A stretch of 64,000 nucleotides of DNA from Glaucostegus cemiculus (GCA_976551045.1 CDPCPM010000011.1:5580001-5644000), one strand, 5' to 3'; counted from the stretch's first letter, positions 49,303 through 62,439 are shown. Made by a program: numbers and translations. Notes: generated from the letters alone by a model not told the origin.

Positions 49303-52300
49303 ATAAGTCAGAAACCACTGGAATGGCCACAATAGAGGTGAGAGCACCAGGGATGGGCGCAGATCAGGTGACCCATCCATGGCATTAAAGTAGCAATGAT
49401 GCAGGAGCTGCAATTTCAGAAATGAGTTACTGCCCTTCTTGTGTGATGTATCCTTGCATAAGCACTGTTTCACTGATAGCTGGATGGAGGTTGTCGCTAT
49501 CTCTTAGTGCAGGAGCTAGAGAAATGGTGGGTGGGTGCAGAATGCATCTTCCATTCCACTGTTTATTCAGGTGAGGGGATCAGTTTTAGAACTATTGTAG
49601 GTGTTGGCAGCAGCACAACTGGGACAAAACTCCTGGTCATAAAAACAAAATCAGAGAAAACACATGAAGATAAATAGTTGAGAAATGGAATGAAAACTGT
49701 GCCATGATTCTTTTTACCAACCTCTTCCAAAATTATAGAATTCCAAGCAGCAGCAAAGTGTGTCTTGGGAATACTCTCTAAGAAACGGTTAAGAATCTCA
49801 AGTATAATCTCTAAATCATTCAGAATACCAAATACTCTTTGGATAGCAACAGAGTGTGTCAGCCAATACTTCTTTTCAAAGTCACCTAATATCAAAGTGG
49901 GTGCCCAATACCTTCCTGTTTGAAATGACAGTCAGGTTTTTGGCAAAAGTCTTGGAATTTGAGAGAGTGTGGCTCTCAACTCTCCATCCGCTCATGTTTC
50001 TGTGGTCGATGCTGCAGAATCTGTGCCAGCAACCACAAAGAAAGACGAGGAAGGCAGTGCCAATCTCGGCTGTGAACAAGTTGCAAATGTTCCAGCTCTA
50101 AACTCTGTTCACGGGAAGTATAATGTTGAATGGCATAATGTGCATTGAATGATGTGAAAATAGTATTTCATATGCAGAACAACAGTGGTCTACACATCAG
50201 ATCTGTACATGTTCTCTCCCACTGCACCTTGTGTTTAAATCCACCATTCAAGCTCTCAAAATAAACTTGGCCTGGACCTCAAAAATGTCAACAGAGAGAG
50301 AGCAGTGAAGCGCCTCCACATAAACACATGCTGTTCCTACTGTAATATTAACCTTCTGAGGGCAGCAATTGAAGCATTGCATCAAATTAACATTTACATC
50401 AATAATCTTAAACATTGCACATTTTGCTTTCAGTTTGGATTGAACATTCGGTTGAGAATTAAAGAAATCCCTTGGTTGTAGGCTAACTATTTCTCTCCTT
50501 TATAATAACTTCCATGAATAAATTACAGAATATCATGTTAGTAAAGATTAGGTTAATAGTAAATATTGTATGTTAAGTTCACTTCAGCAATAACACATAT
50601 ACCAAATTCTTGGCAAAACTGTCATGGAAGTTTGATTTTGACATTAGTCAGTTCAGATACTGGCGGTGTTGATAAATGCAGTTCATTCTTTCCCTAACCT
50701 ATTGTTCAGGACTGAATTCGGCTGCACTTTAAACTAGCAAAGGATATTCTGTTGTCATAAGAACAAATTAGTTTGAAAACCGTTCTCCACATTTTTATGC
50801 ATAATAGAACTTGCAGACTTAATAAAATATTACAGAGAGCAACTGATGATAAAATTCAAACTAAAATATAAGGAGTAACATCAGACATTGCACAGGTCAG
50901 TGATGGTCACTCACACAATTGCGGCCATCCTGTTAGTCCCCCATGTGTACTTGGGTGTGAGTTATGATGATTGTGTGGCCATGACTGGTAATTTCACTGC
51001 CCACAGGATCAATATTTCACACGTGTGGAAATGAAAATGATAATTCAGACGTGTGAAATAACACAGTCAGCAGCAATGTTCGGTGTTCCAGGATTCATTT
51101 AAAGATACATTTTAGGCTTTGCCAGGGGCAGCACAGCTAGAAAAGTCATCATTTATTCTGTAGGCACTCTTGGTATTCCTGCAGTCCCTGAAGGCGGATA
51201 TAAATATTATATTACATGCATGAAAATATATAACAGTTCTACATCCTCAGACCTTATTAAAGGGCCAATGTTGTTTGTTAACTGCTATCTAACAGACTAT
51301 AAGTGCAATGATGCGAATATAGTGTTACATCATCAAGCAGATCTATTAATCAGCCTCAACCTTCCTTTTTTAACTTAGTTCATTCTTTATGTTCTCACTT
51401 ATCTATGTTTGCATCCTAATATACTTGAACACATGCAATGATGATGGGATCTGGTGCACAAAGTGTAATGCACTCACTTTCCAATCTCTTAAATCAGTCA
51501 ACCAACCTGCCTACCAGACAACTGCACCTCATACTATAAGTGTTTAGTTTCTTTCAAACCTGTAACAAAACACTCCAAAGTTTCATGTGAATCCACCAAA
51601 GAACTCATTCAAAACCACTTCCGAGCATTGGGGATTTGGAGTGACACTTCCTCTCTGTCCTGGAAATGTAGCCAATCTGAGAGCTCCTTGGAACAATAGC
51701 AATGGCTCAGTCATTGTATTTAACTTGTGAGCAAGATCTTATCTTGCTCATGCTTCAAATCCTTATGAATTTTGTGTCCATAATATATATTGCCCATAGA
51801 ATTTTCTAGTAATTAATTGCAAATTATTTCTCAATAAAGTTGCAGAAATGCATCACAATCATTAATCTTTCAGATTAACTATCATCATACATTAATTACA
51901 TGTAGCACACTGAAAGCCAGTGTCCGCAGTGAGTGGTACTGCAGCACAAAAACAGGCTCCGAGCTGAATAAAAATCCCAATAAAATGAACAGTATATATA
52001 TTATAAAATATAATAGACAGCTTATAATGATTTCAAGACAGAAATTAATTGAGGGGTTCAGATGATGTTTATAAATTTACTAAACTTTAATCCTGAAGTT
52101 TATGACGTTATTTACATTCCTTTGAGTTTTTTTGCTACCCAAGCATAGTTATTACATCACCTCTGATTTACTTAATGCCAGCATCTTACTTACAAATCCA
52201 TCCAGTAAAATGGATGCATGTCCACCATGAGAAGAAAAAGGAAGTGAAGGAAGAAACATAGTTAAAAAGAAATTCTCTAATACACCTGTTAGTATCAAAA

Positions 52301-52477
52301 TCCTCTTCCAGATAAGATGGGTGATTGACAGAATGGTGGACCCACTGCATAAGTCACTACCCTGCATGCTGTTCACAGAAGGTAGTCATACTGAAGACAG
52401 ACAGGAAGGCACAACAGCAGTTAATCTGGCTTCATTACAACCCTGGCCATGACAGAGTAGCAGGAACCCTTCCTTGC

Positions 52478-53112
52478 ACAGCATTATAATTAGGAAGCCA
52501 AATGGCATGTTGGCCTTTGTTGAAAGGGGAGGGATATACAAAAATGAGGAATATTTGCTGCCATTGTGCAGAGCCTTGGTGAAACCTCACCTGGATTCAC
52601 CAAAACTGCATCTAAAACTGCACTAAACTTTGTGCAGTACCTAAGGCGGTGCATACTTGAATTGGTTCACTTCAGATTAATTTTGGGATGAGGCAGTTGT
52701 CCCATAAGAGAGACTAATACACTGTCTATATTCATAAGAGGTTGGAGGAATGGGAGCTGAACTGAGATTCTGAAAAGGATTGGCAGGGAAGATGCTGAGA
52801 GAATGTTTTCATAAGTTGCAGAGTCTAGAACTGGGGACCATTGTCTCAAGACCTCTGGACCAAAATAAGTAGAAATACCTGTACACAAAGGGTGGAATCA
52901 TTGAAATTCTCAGCATTAGCGGGTTGTGGGTGCACAATTGTTGAGTATGTTCAAAGCTGGGATTGATAAATATTTGGACACAAAAGGAATCGAGGGAAAT
53001 GAGGACTGAGTGGGATAATTAAGGTACAAGTTTGGCCACAATCTTGATGAATGTCAAAACAGGCCCGAGGGAGTTAGATGGCCTATTCCTGCTCTTACTT
53101 CTTATATTCTTT
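52478..53112 (+). mobile_element. CR1 LINE 3' fragment, decayed
   Basis: Translates as IRKPNGMLAFVERG...LLPLCRALVKPHL and ESRTGDHCLK. The tail is GATGGCCTATTCCTGCTCTTACTTCTTATATTC. Confidence 0.85.
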
Positions 53113-55219
53113 TGTATAGTTGAAAGGAAAAATTAAACAAAATAGGTTCAACTAATAGCAGAATCTAAACACTTGTGCTTCTAAAAACCAAAAATATAAT
53201 GCTTTTAAACTGTTTTGTTCTACTTAGTTCACACTTGCAGCCTGTTTCTATAAAGCCACTAATTTATTAAAAATAAATTCAGTGCTAAAAAGGTAAAATT
53301 GGGTGCTGGTACAAATGAGAGAGCATGAAATCAAGTTTGTGCCTGAGCCAAATAAAAGGAATATTTAAATCTAAGAGTTTAAATTCAACTGCTGAGGCTC
53401 TCATGAGAATAATACTTCTTTAGCAATGCTTGTAATTTGTAAGAGGGTTTTTGTTATCCATTTTGAAAATAATTAATTTGTGAAACTTTTTAGCTGAATG
53501 GGTCTGCAAGGCATAACTAATTATTCCTCAAACAAATGAAAAATGTCAAAATTCAATTTTGTTAAAACACGAACAGAATGTTTGTCACTGGAGATGCTGT
53601 AGGATTCTGACCTGGAGAAAACAGAGAACTGGATTGTCTGTTATTCCCTTGTCACGGTAATTACAAAGCACCCAGAATTGTGATATGGTGATGGCAAAGG
53701 CGTTAAAAGAACTTTATGAGATCTGTTCATTTCAACAAAAGAGGTCATATTTCCAGGGACAATTACATGATTCTTGGTATTCTGCCATATTATCTGACTA
53801 AACCTGTATTATGATTGTAATTTATTTTAAGGTTATTGTACCATCAAGAAATCGTCAGGCCCTCCTTGACTGAAGCTGAATTAATTAATGGACCTTATCT
53901 GCATTAGATTTCTTGGTTAATCATGAGTTATAACTCAGATTTGCCTGGTGCATGTCAGCCTTGACTCTCAGCTTGGGTTGGGGGAAACACGGAAACAGAT
54001 GGTCTGAAATCCACAGAAGTGTAAAATACGCTGTGCCTCTCACCAGGGTCTAACTGCCAGCTGCAGCCAGGCTACTGCTCCATATGCAGACCATCACTGA
54101 CCATCTGCAAGGGGTGAGCAGGGCAGAATAAGTACCTGTTTACTTGACAGTAACACTGCTGACTGCCTCCCACGCCAACTAAACCATGAGCGGAAACCTC
54201 TATTTCCGTGATTCCGCTTTCCAAAAAAAAAACATTATTAATTAATCCAAGAGAAGAAGTGGAACGATTTTTAGCACAAAACAAAATGACATTGAAATTT
54301 TGATCTGAATCCAAGAATCTTGTCAATGCAGAAATGATTCAGTAGATTTCACTAATAATGCAAATGAGCACTTAAATGAAGATAGATTTGAGAGCATCAA
54401 GCCTGCTACAGGAAGACTGCATAAAAGTTAATAAATAATAAAAATTACTGTTGGTAATACACATAAAATTTATAAAAGAAAATAATGCCAGTATCAATGA
54501 AGCTTTCCTCGAATAATGTTCTTGGATTTTTAAGTGCATTGTTGCATTCTGTCTTGTGCATCGTGGCATCCTGCTCCATTTTGCCTGTGTTCACCAGTAT
54601 CAATTTAGGACCATATCTAACTATCCCAGTGAGTTACCCTGCCCAATAGGCAGTTGTCATTATTACAGTTGCTTCTTAGAATTTAGTACTGATTTGCACA
54701 GTCTGATTCCTGAAGGAGCATCTGGCTCCATATTCTGCACCTTCACCATCTGTAATGAATCTAATACAAATGTAACTATCTCCAACTGCTGGTCCAACCA
54801 GATGGCCCTCACTGAAGAAAATGCTGACGGTGAGGTTTTAAATGTTCAATGGATTAATTTCTCCCTAACTATATCACCTTCATTCTCAAAGAACGCTGCA
54901 GGGAATGCATTTTATATTGTCCTGACAGATATGTTTCTAAATATCTCACACTTCATTATCAAGACAACATTTATGTGACCTAGCTGTTAACTGAAATTCA
55001 AGAATTAGATTCTCATTATTAGTCAAAAAGGAGTAATCTTGACCAATATATCAAAATACAGCCCCACACACTCATTGTCAACCCTTCTGTTATAATTTTA
55101 AACACCCACATTTGTAAAGGAAATTGTCAATGTATTCCTGTCATGCTGGAAGCAGACATTCTTCCACTATAATGGTGTATCTCAGAGCTCCTTATATAGT
55201 CACTGTCGGGTAGAAATGT

Positions 55220-55735
55220 ATCCTCATCACTCAACACACAATATGCTTGCTGTGCTCTGCTTCTGATATTCTGATGCATTGAAGTCCACTTCTGCAACCT
55301 CATTCTGCTGGTCAAAACTTCATCTGTGTCTTTGTTTCCTTGAGATTACTTTTCCAAAGTACTTCAGCTGACATCTGCAATTCTACTCTTCATGAACTTC
55401 AGATAATCTAAATCCATGCAATCCACATCATATCTCCTACCAGGACTTGTTCAGTCACTATCCAAGTGCTTCCTGACTGGTAGGCCACTGGTTAAGCTAT
55501 ACCTTGGATTCAAAATTCTCATCATTGTTTTTAAATCACTCAACTGTTCCTTCTGTCCTCCTGCCACCCCAAGTCCCATGGCCCTCCAAGACAACTGTGC
55601 ACTTTCATTTAATGTATCTAAACCTCTGGCTTTCTTTTCAACTGGTAAAGCCTCAGGTTCTGAAATTCCCTGCCCAAACTTTTTTACCTTCTTACTTTCC
55701 AAGAGATACCCAGAACTATGACACTAGGCTGAAGT
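55220..55735 (+). mobile_element. L2 LINE 3' fragment, decayed
   Basis: GGATTCAAAATTCTCATCATTGTTTTTAAATCACTC encodes FKILIIVFKSL. It is preceded by a LHELQII segment and followed by TGAAATTCCCTGCC (WNSLP-like). Confidence 0.8.
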
Positions 55736-56474
55736 TCCTTGTGAAAGGCTAATCTTTGCCAATTTACTTCAAAGGCAGCAAATAAATCAGTGGAACATAC
55801 CCAAGTAGAAAGTTATCCTCCATTTTATGTACAAAATACCTGCACATCACAATGCTTCTGAAACACAGTCCCTTTGACTTAAATAGAACCAAATTTCAGA
55901 AGCAGCACATCCATTACTACATCTCGCATTTAGCGTAGACAACAGAGAAAGAACTTCTATCCTGCCACAGCTAACTGGTGATGCATTAAATTTGTAACTA
56001 TAAATGTTGTTTATATGTTCACAAAAGAGAGAAATAAATTAAAGGCGGAGAATAATGTGTCAACTGAGGGTGAATTGAAGGGAGTGGGCATATCATGCTA
56101 TTGCTGGAGGGCGTATCAGGAACAATTCCCGTCTGGCTTGTAGGAAGCTCATCTCCCACTTTGTACTGATCAATTTGGACTTTCCAAAAGAGGAGTACTG
56201 TTTGATTTTGGAAGAAATTTAAATTAGTTTGCACTTTACCAAAGAAAATTCTTCTAATTACCTATTTACATTTCTGTGAAATACTATGCTTCACACAGTA
56301 TTACAATATAAACACTAATTTCATTTAAAATTGAATACAAACTTAAGGAGACTGGATTTATAAGAAAATGACTATCAAAAATAAAATACTAAATTTTAAG
56401 GAAGTAAATGTTAAGAAATGATGAATCAAGAAATAATCCCAGGCTGGCTATCCCTCACTATCTGTAATCAGTGC

Positions 56475-57290
56475 TATCTTAGGCAATACCTCAGGATCAG
56501 GCTGATTTGCTTTCACTCCAGTTTGGTATTTCTGAGGTGACTGATGAGGCCCCTTGTGGGAACTGCAGACTCAGCTATAAATAGACTATAGACAATAGAC
56601 AATAGGAGCAGAAGTAGACCTTTCGGCCCTTCGAGTCTGCTTCGCCATTTTGAGATCATGGCTGATCATCTACCCTCAATAACCTGTTCCTGCCTTGTCC
56701 CCATATCCCCTGATTCCCCTATCTATAAGAAACCTATCTAACTCTTCCTTGAAAGTGCCCAGTGTATTGGCCTCCACTGCCCTCTGAGGCAGTGCATTCC
56801 ACAGATTTACCACCCTTTGTGAGAAGAAGTTTCTCCTCACTTCTGTCCTAAATGGCATACCCTTAATTCTAAGCTCATGCCCTCTGGTCCTGGATTTCCC
56901 CAACATCTGGAACATATTTCCTACCTCTATCCTGTCCAAACCTTTAATAATCCTATAAGTCTCAATCAGATCCCCTCTTAATCTTATCAATTCTAGCGTG
57001 TACAAACCCAGTCTCTCCAACCTTAAATGCGGTAGTAGGTGCCTGATATCAGGCAAGTGAGTAGTTTGAAGGTGTCAGACTCCTTTCACCATTTATGCAG
57101 GGGTAAGGTGTACTGCCAATGCTTGGGCTCAAGGTGGTCAACACCATCTCTAAGGCTTTGCTTTCACTCTGTGTGATAATGAGACAGAGATTTCAAAGAG
57201 GATGCTGCATTTTTTTCAAACAGGTTTTGAGCACATCCTTGAATTTTTCTTTCTCTCTGCCCGTAATCTTCCCCCCCATGATAGAAATAG
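56475..57290 (-). mobile_element. RTE LINE 3' end, interrupted by CR1
   Basis: TCTTAGGCAATACCTCAGGATCAGGCTGATTTGCTTTCACTC is a reversed RTE terminus. After the CR1, the minus strand reads KFKDVLKTCLKK, homologous to 37245-37300. Confidence 0.75.
56583..57023 (-). mobile_element. Young 5'-truncated CR1 LINE with (TCTATTG)n-type tail
   Basis: The frame is open: RLERLGLYTLELIRLRGDLIETYRIIKGLDR...RNFFSQRVVNLWNALP...GYGDKAGTGY*. The tail reads ATAGACTATAGACAATAGACAATAG on +, and TAAAT flanks both sides. Confidence 0.97.
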
Positions 57291-57319
57291 GAACACCATA
57301 TCTTTTTTGGGAGCCTTGT

Positions 57320-57500
57320 GCCATTGCTGGGGTCTTCTTCAACTGCCTCCTCTCAGTGGCCAAAGTGTTCCTTCATGAATTGCAGCCCAGTGTAGAATGG
57401 CAGAAGTTGCAAAGTATGGATTCTATTCATCCAGAGGCAGAGTGGACATAATCTTCACCATGCAACAACTACAAAAGAAATACAGGGAGCAACTACCATT
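57320..57500 (+). mobile_element. RTE RT-domain fragment in the opposite orientation to the adjacent RTE 3' end
   Basis: IAGVFFNCLLSVAKVFLHELQ and YGFYSSRGRVDIIFTMQQLQKKYREQ match RTE ARVLLNRL...ESQCGFR..RGT.DMIF..RQLQEKCREQ. Confidence 0.8.
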
Positions 57501-60500
57501 CATCCTCCCTGTTGATGAAGTCTTCACAGCTGAGTGGGCAGCTGGGCATATAAAAGGCTTTTTGAATGGCCCAGGATAAGAAAGCAGGTGAACTTCTGAG
57601 TCATAACACTGTATGCAGGACCAGAAGCAGAAACTAGATGATAATTCTGTCATCACCCATTTTCAGTATTCCATTGCTACCATGCTTGTTGGAACTACCT
57701 AAATATTTATTACACAAATTCTTTAATCAAGCTAAATGGCCTAACCATTGTCTGAAGTACCAACTATTGTTTGTTTAACATCAAAGTCTGCATTCTCTGA
57801 ATTTCCTTGGCACCAGGGAAAGTGCAAGGGGGTGGGGGAGCTCGAGAGAGAGCGAGAGAGCAACTGTTAAGATTTCACTCTGCATGCTCAGGAATTATCA
57901 TCTCATCACTAGGCAGAATGTCATTATCACCAACTCAACACAGGTTAGATGGCAATTATTACCATCCTGGTGGAGGAGAACTCGTATTACCAAATAGCTT
58001 CAGAGTTTATTTATTAGAAATCAGTTTGTATCAGTCTGTCCACTAAACCGGGACAGTTAAAAGCAGGCTGTGTCAACTTCTGCATTAAATATATGGAGAT
58101 GAAACTAACTCTGCTCCAAATGAACCCTCAAATCCTCAGTGTGTAAAACCTTTTAATTGAATTCCTGTGCTGTTCCTTTTCCCACTGAAATGCTGACAGA
58201 AAGATGTCTGGCTTTAGTCTGTGGGGGGTGCTACTACCTTCAGAGGGGGATCTCTGGGAGAGATTTGAAATGCTTACAACTAATCAATACAAAAAGAATG
58301 AACCTGAACCTCTTCATTTCTAATGCTGTGGAAATATGTCAATACAGGGATTAAAGTGATCTGTCTTATTGATTCCCAAAGGACAGGCCTCCCCCTGAGG
58401 TGCTATCACAACTCCAACAGCACTGCAGTAATGTGTTTGCCTTCTCAACCATAAAAACTACAAATTACTGCTCTGAGGGGAACAGACTGCCCCCAGAGCA
58501 GGCAGGCAGATTACTGAGCTATTTACCTGAATCACTGTTGGTTGCAGGCACCAAGCAGTAATGTGGAAAAAAAATTGAGGCAATATCTACATTGTGGAAA
58601 TAAAAAGGGAGGAAAATCGGAGAGAAGTAGCTTGGGGTCTAAAGCAAATCAAAAATGGGACAGAGAGAAGAAAAAGGTAGAAACATCAATAAGAGAAGAC
58701 AAAATGTGTCCCAAATATAATGGATATGGTTTCGATCCATAGGTAAATATTTATTATAAGCGTCAACTGAACTGGCATTGGAAAATAAACTCTTTTCTTG
58801 CCTTCCATTTGAAGGAAAATCCAGAAAATGACAATTTGGACAAGTAAAAGTAATTTCAAATTTTATTAATTAAATATAAATGTAAATAATTATCCTTAAG
58901 GAAGAGGTTAAAGGCCAAGGGAAATGTCGAAGTCAAAGTATGTGGAAGTCTTTAAAAGTTTTTGAAGTTGGGCTGGAGCTGCAAGGAAACAAGTGTTGAA
59001 AAGGAAGAGTTAAAGAAGTAAAATGAATAATTAGCTATACAAAAACGCTTGTTTCATCTTACTCCCTCTTTGGGGGGAAAATCCTTATTTGGAGGGAAGG
59101 CCGTAGACTTACAAAATGAAGAACAGATTAGCATAGGTAACTCTCCAAAGACTCAAAAGAAAAGCAGTAATCATTAGCCACCGCACTGTTTCCTGGATGC
59201 AAGATGCTGGAGTTGGCAGGCCAACCAAGGAAATCCACATGAAAGCTTCTTTTCTGCTCAAAAGATAGGAGAGGCCCAAATTCTTCCAACAGAACATATT
59301 CAACCTAATATCAGGGGGCAAGGAGAATGATCAGCACTATGATCAAGAACATGGGTGGAATTAATTTACAAATCCCTTCTCTGATGGGGTATACTTATAT
59401 TTTTGGAAGTAGTTCTCTTTTCACAGCGTTGAATTTCCATCCAATTAAAGGTATTTTGGACATTTTAAAAATCTAGAATTGTAAAAGCTAGAATTTTAAA
59501 AGCTAGAATTGTTTTAGGCTGCACTGAGTTATGCTCTCATACATTAACCAGGTTTGACAGGTGTTAATGTCAACTCCATCTGTGACTGTTTTGATCCTTT
59601 CCTCCCATTTGAAAAGATGGAAAGATATGAAAGCACAAGAATATTTTGATAACTATCCTTACTTATGGTCCCTGGGCTTTGTTCCTGACTATTATCACCA
59701 GGCTAGACCTTGTTTCCTGAGATGCAGGCAGGTCACTACATAATGACAATCCAGGTACAACAATTTAGTACTGAGGAGGCTAACAACCTTGCTCATTATG
59801 CAAGCAGATTAACTGCTGCACTAAAAACAACACATAGTGAAAAAGTAACTCATAAATGAGCAAAGCGAAATACATGAAACACGGTATGTGCTTGACAGTA
59901 TATATATATGGATAGGGAGAGAGAAAAATGTTCCACTACTGACAAATTAGGATTCTGAAGTAAAAGAAAAAGCCTTGAGTCTGACCCAGGTTGGAATAGC
60001 CTGCCTGACAGCATAAATGGATGAACAATCTCTGGTCCATCATAATGCATACAGCACATGGATATAAATGTATCCTTATGTTAACCTGTCATTTTCAAAT
60101 CTAGTAGCTAGTATATCTATTTGAATCAAATTTGTAATCCTGACATCTAACATGTACAGGAATCTCATCTACCAATTCATAAATTCAGCGATTTTTCTTT
60201 TCTAACACTTGCTGCAAACGTACAGCCACAGATCATCCATAAATTGATAAACTTAACAGCTAGCAAAGAGCTTTTTGGAACTATATTGCAATCTTCTCCC
60301 AAAACAGGGACAGAATTGAGCAGCCTACACACAGACTCAGTGAACAGAGCCATTTCTCTGCGTTATGACTCTTCCTACCATGAGGCTACATACTAAATAT
60401 AAATTCATGAGTACAAGACCATTCCTGTATTCTCTGTCCATACCTGCTGATGCTGACTATGAGCAAGCATTAGGAATAAGGTAGAAATAAAGCAGTTTGT

Positions 60501-60587
60501 CCTTGGGGAATAGCACCAGGAAAAGCAGTGGGCAAACCTGCAACTCAAGGCATGCAATCAATCAAAACACTCGAAGAAAGGCAGATG

Positions 60588-61167
60588 GACTTATATTTCC
60601 ATAGCACCTTTCACATCACCTTTGGAGATCCCAAAAGGCTTTACAGTCAAGAAAGTACTTCTGAAATAACTATTACAATTTAGGAATATCAGCAGTTTAT
60701 GCATGTATAGCAAGCTCTCTCAAACAGTGTGATAATAACTAGTTAACCCACTTTAGTATTGTTGCTTGAGGAAGCGCTTGAAGCAGCTGGTACAGTTACA
60801 TTTAAAGAGAGACTGGACAAGGCAGTAGGGGATAAGGAGTTGTGCAGATAGATTTAGAGGAAGAAAGGGAGGAGGAGTATAAATGCCTATATGGATTGGT
60901 TGTGCTGAATGGCCAACTTTTGTGATGTTTATCTACTGTAATAGAATATTAACCTGGATATCAATGGTACTCCCCTGCTCCCCTTCAAAGGCAATAGAAT
61001 CATTTTGTCACCTGAGAGAGATGATGAGGCTTGTGCCATCTCTGACAGTGTGGCACTCCCTCACTACTACAATGGATCGTTAGTCTAGATACTCGTTCTC
61101 AGTTCATGGGAGTGGAATTCAATTAAATTTGTGACTAGAATGCCCAAAACATACCGAACCACGGCTC
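60588..61167 (-). mobile_element. Deu-domain SINE, near full length, interrupted by a CR1 tail
   Basis: ACTTATATTTCCATAGCACCTTTCAC...CCCAAAAGGCTTTACAG...AGCAAGCTCTCTCAAACAG, then an insertion, then CTCCCCTGCTC...CACCTGAGAG...TGACAGTGTGGCACTCCCTCA...GGAGTGGAATT. Confidence 0.8.
60773..60942 (+). mobile_element. CR1 3' end nested in the Deu-SINE
   Basis: GAAGCAGCTGGTACAGTTACATTTAAAGAGAGACTGGAC encodes EAAGTVTFKERLD. It continues to TGTGCTGAATGGCC...CTACTGTAAT. Confidence 0.7.
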
Positions 61168-61946
61168 AGAAACAATGAAAAACAAAATCTTATTAAATCT
61201 CAACAATTCTCCAGCTGGAGAAGGAAGCTGACAATATCACAAACCAGCTTATGCAGATCAATCTTCATAACATGCCATCCCCCTGAAAGAAAAATTGTAA
61301 TTATCATTTAATCACATGTATTTAAACAAAAAATCAGCAGTTATCCAATGAATGATGAATTTATCACATGAGAGAGGGGATCAAAAAATTAATTGAAATT
61401 GTTGAGGCATATCAGCTACATAGGCCCTGATTGTCAGGCATGTTACAATTCCATATGAAAGGGCTCAAATGCACAGTGTTATTTATGTATCACAGCATTT
61501 CACTAAACCCATATTTCAACATACTTACGGGAAGGATCTACATAATGTCCGTGTTCCTATAGCATTAGTGAATCATTTGATGCCATCACTTCAGGGGATA
61601 CATTCTGTAGTCTGCAGCTTATGACTAAATTAACATTAAAATAATTGGGCACCGCCATATGTCTTAATAATTTGTCACAGGGATTGTTTCTGTTCTTAAC
61701 TCTCTGACTTTTTGGGCTTCTAAATATTAATGAAGGTATTCGATTTCTGCTTTTACTAAATCTCAGATAATTATAGGCTTTTTAGAACTGCAAATTGTAA
61801 AATGTTGTGCTCCCTGAGATATCTGCTTGCATTGGACCCTAATACTATTAAAGTATTAGGGTTCAGGTCATCTTCAGCATTTACTCTGGCCTTCTTCACC
61901 AGAACAGGATTAGCAAATTATTTAAGTAAGATTAAAAAAGGTATAT

Positions 61947-62090
61947 CACAGAATCTCACAGTTCAAAAGAAGGCCATTTGGCTCATTGAATCTATGTTGC
62001 CTCATTGACAAATCTACCTGCTTATTCTCATTTGTTGTTGCTTCCTTCTTCAAAATGTTCAAATTTTCATTTAATTTGGTACGTAACTGC
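61947..62090 (-). mobile_element. CR1 3' tail, decayed
   Basis: CACAGAATCTCACAGTTCAAAAGAAGGCCATTTGGCTCATTGAATCTATG is a reversed CR1 tail. Confidence 0.6.
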
Positions 62091-62439
62091 AAGAATGATT
62101 GGGAGCCACTCTGTTAGAGACACAAGTTTATAATTTGTGCTAATTTTACAGCACTAACTAGTCTCCACTATATATTTTTTATTCATAATTACACAATATA
62201 TCTTTCAGTTGCTCATCTTTCAGTCTAAAGATAAACCAAACGTGACCACAGAGTTTAGTATTAAGTTTAGAAACAGAGCTCAGGGAACAATAGCACATAA
62301 CATTGTGGCAGTCCTCGAGTGTAAAATTCCATACCACACATGGGATATGAATGTTGAATTTGACTCAAATCAAAACCATACTGATTTGTGGTGACTGCAT
62401 GTGCTGAGTTTGTGAAATGTGGCTGTGATGACTGTACAT

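Noticed and set aside
54556-54978. 140-aa plus-strand ORF
   Set aside because: It has a non-ATG start, no recognisable domain and no convincing splice boundaries, so it is consistent with chance.
56541-56565. CTGATGA followed by a small hairpin, as a hammerhead ribozyme
   Set aside because: There is no GAAA closing a proper stem II. It is the antisense of the RTE ORF end.
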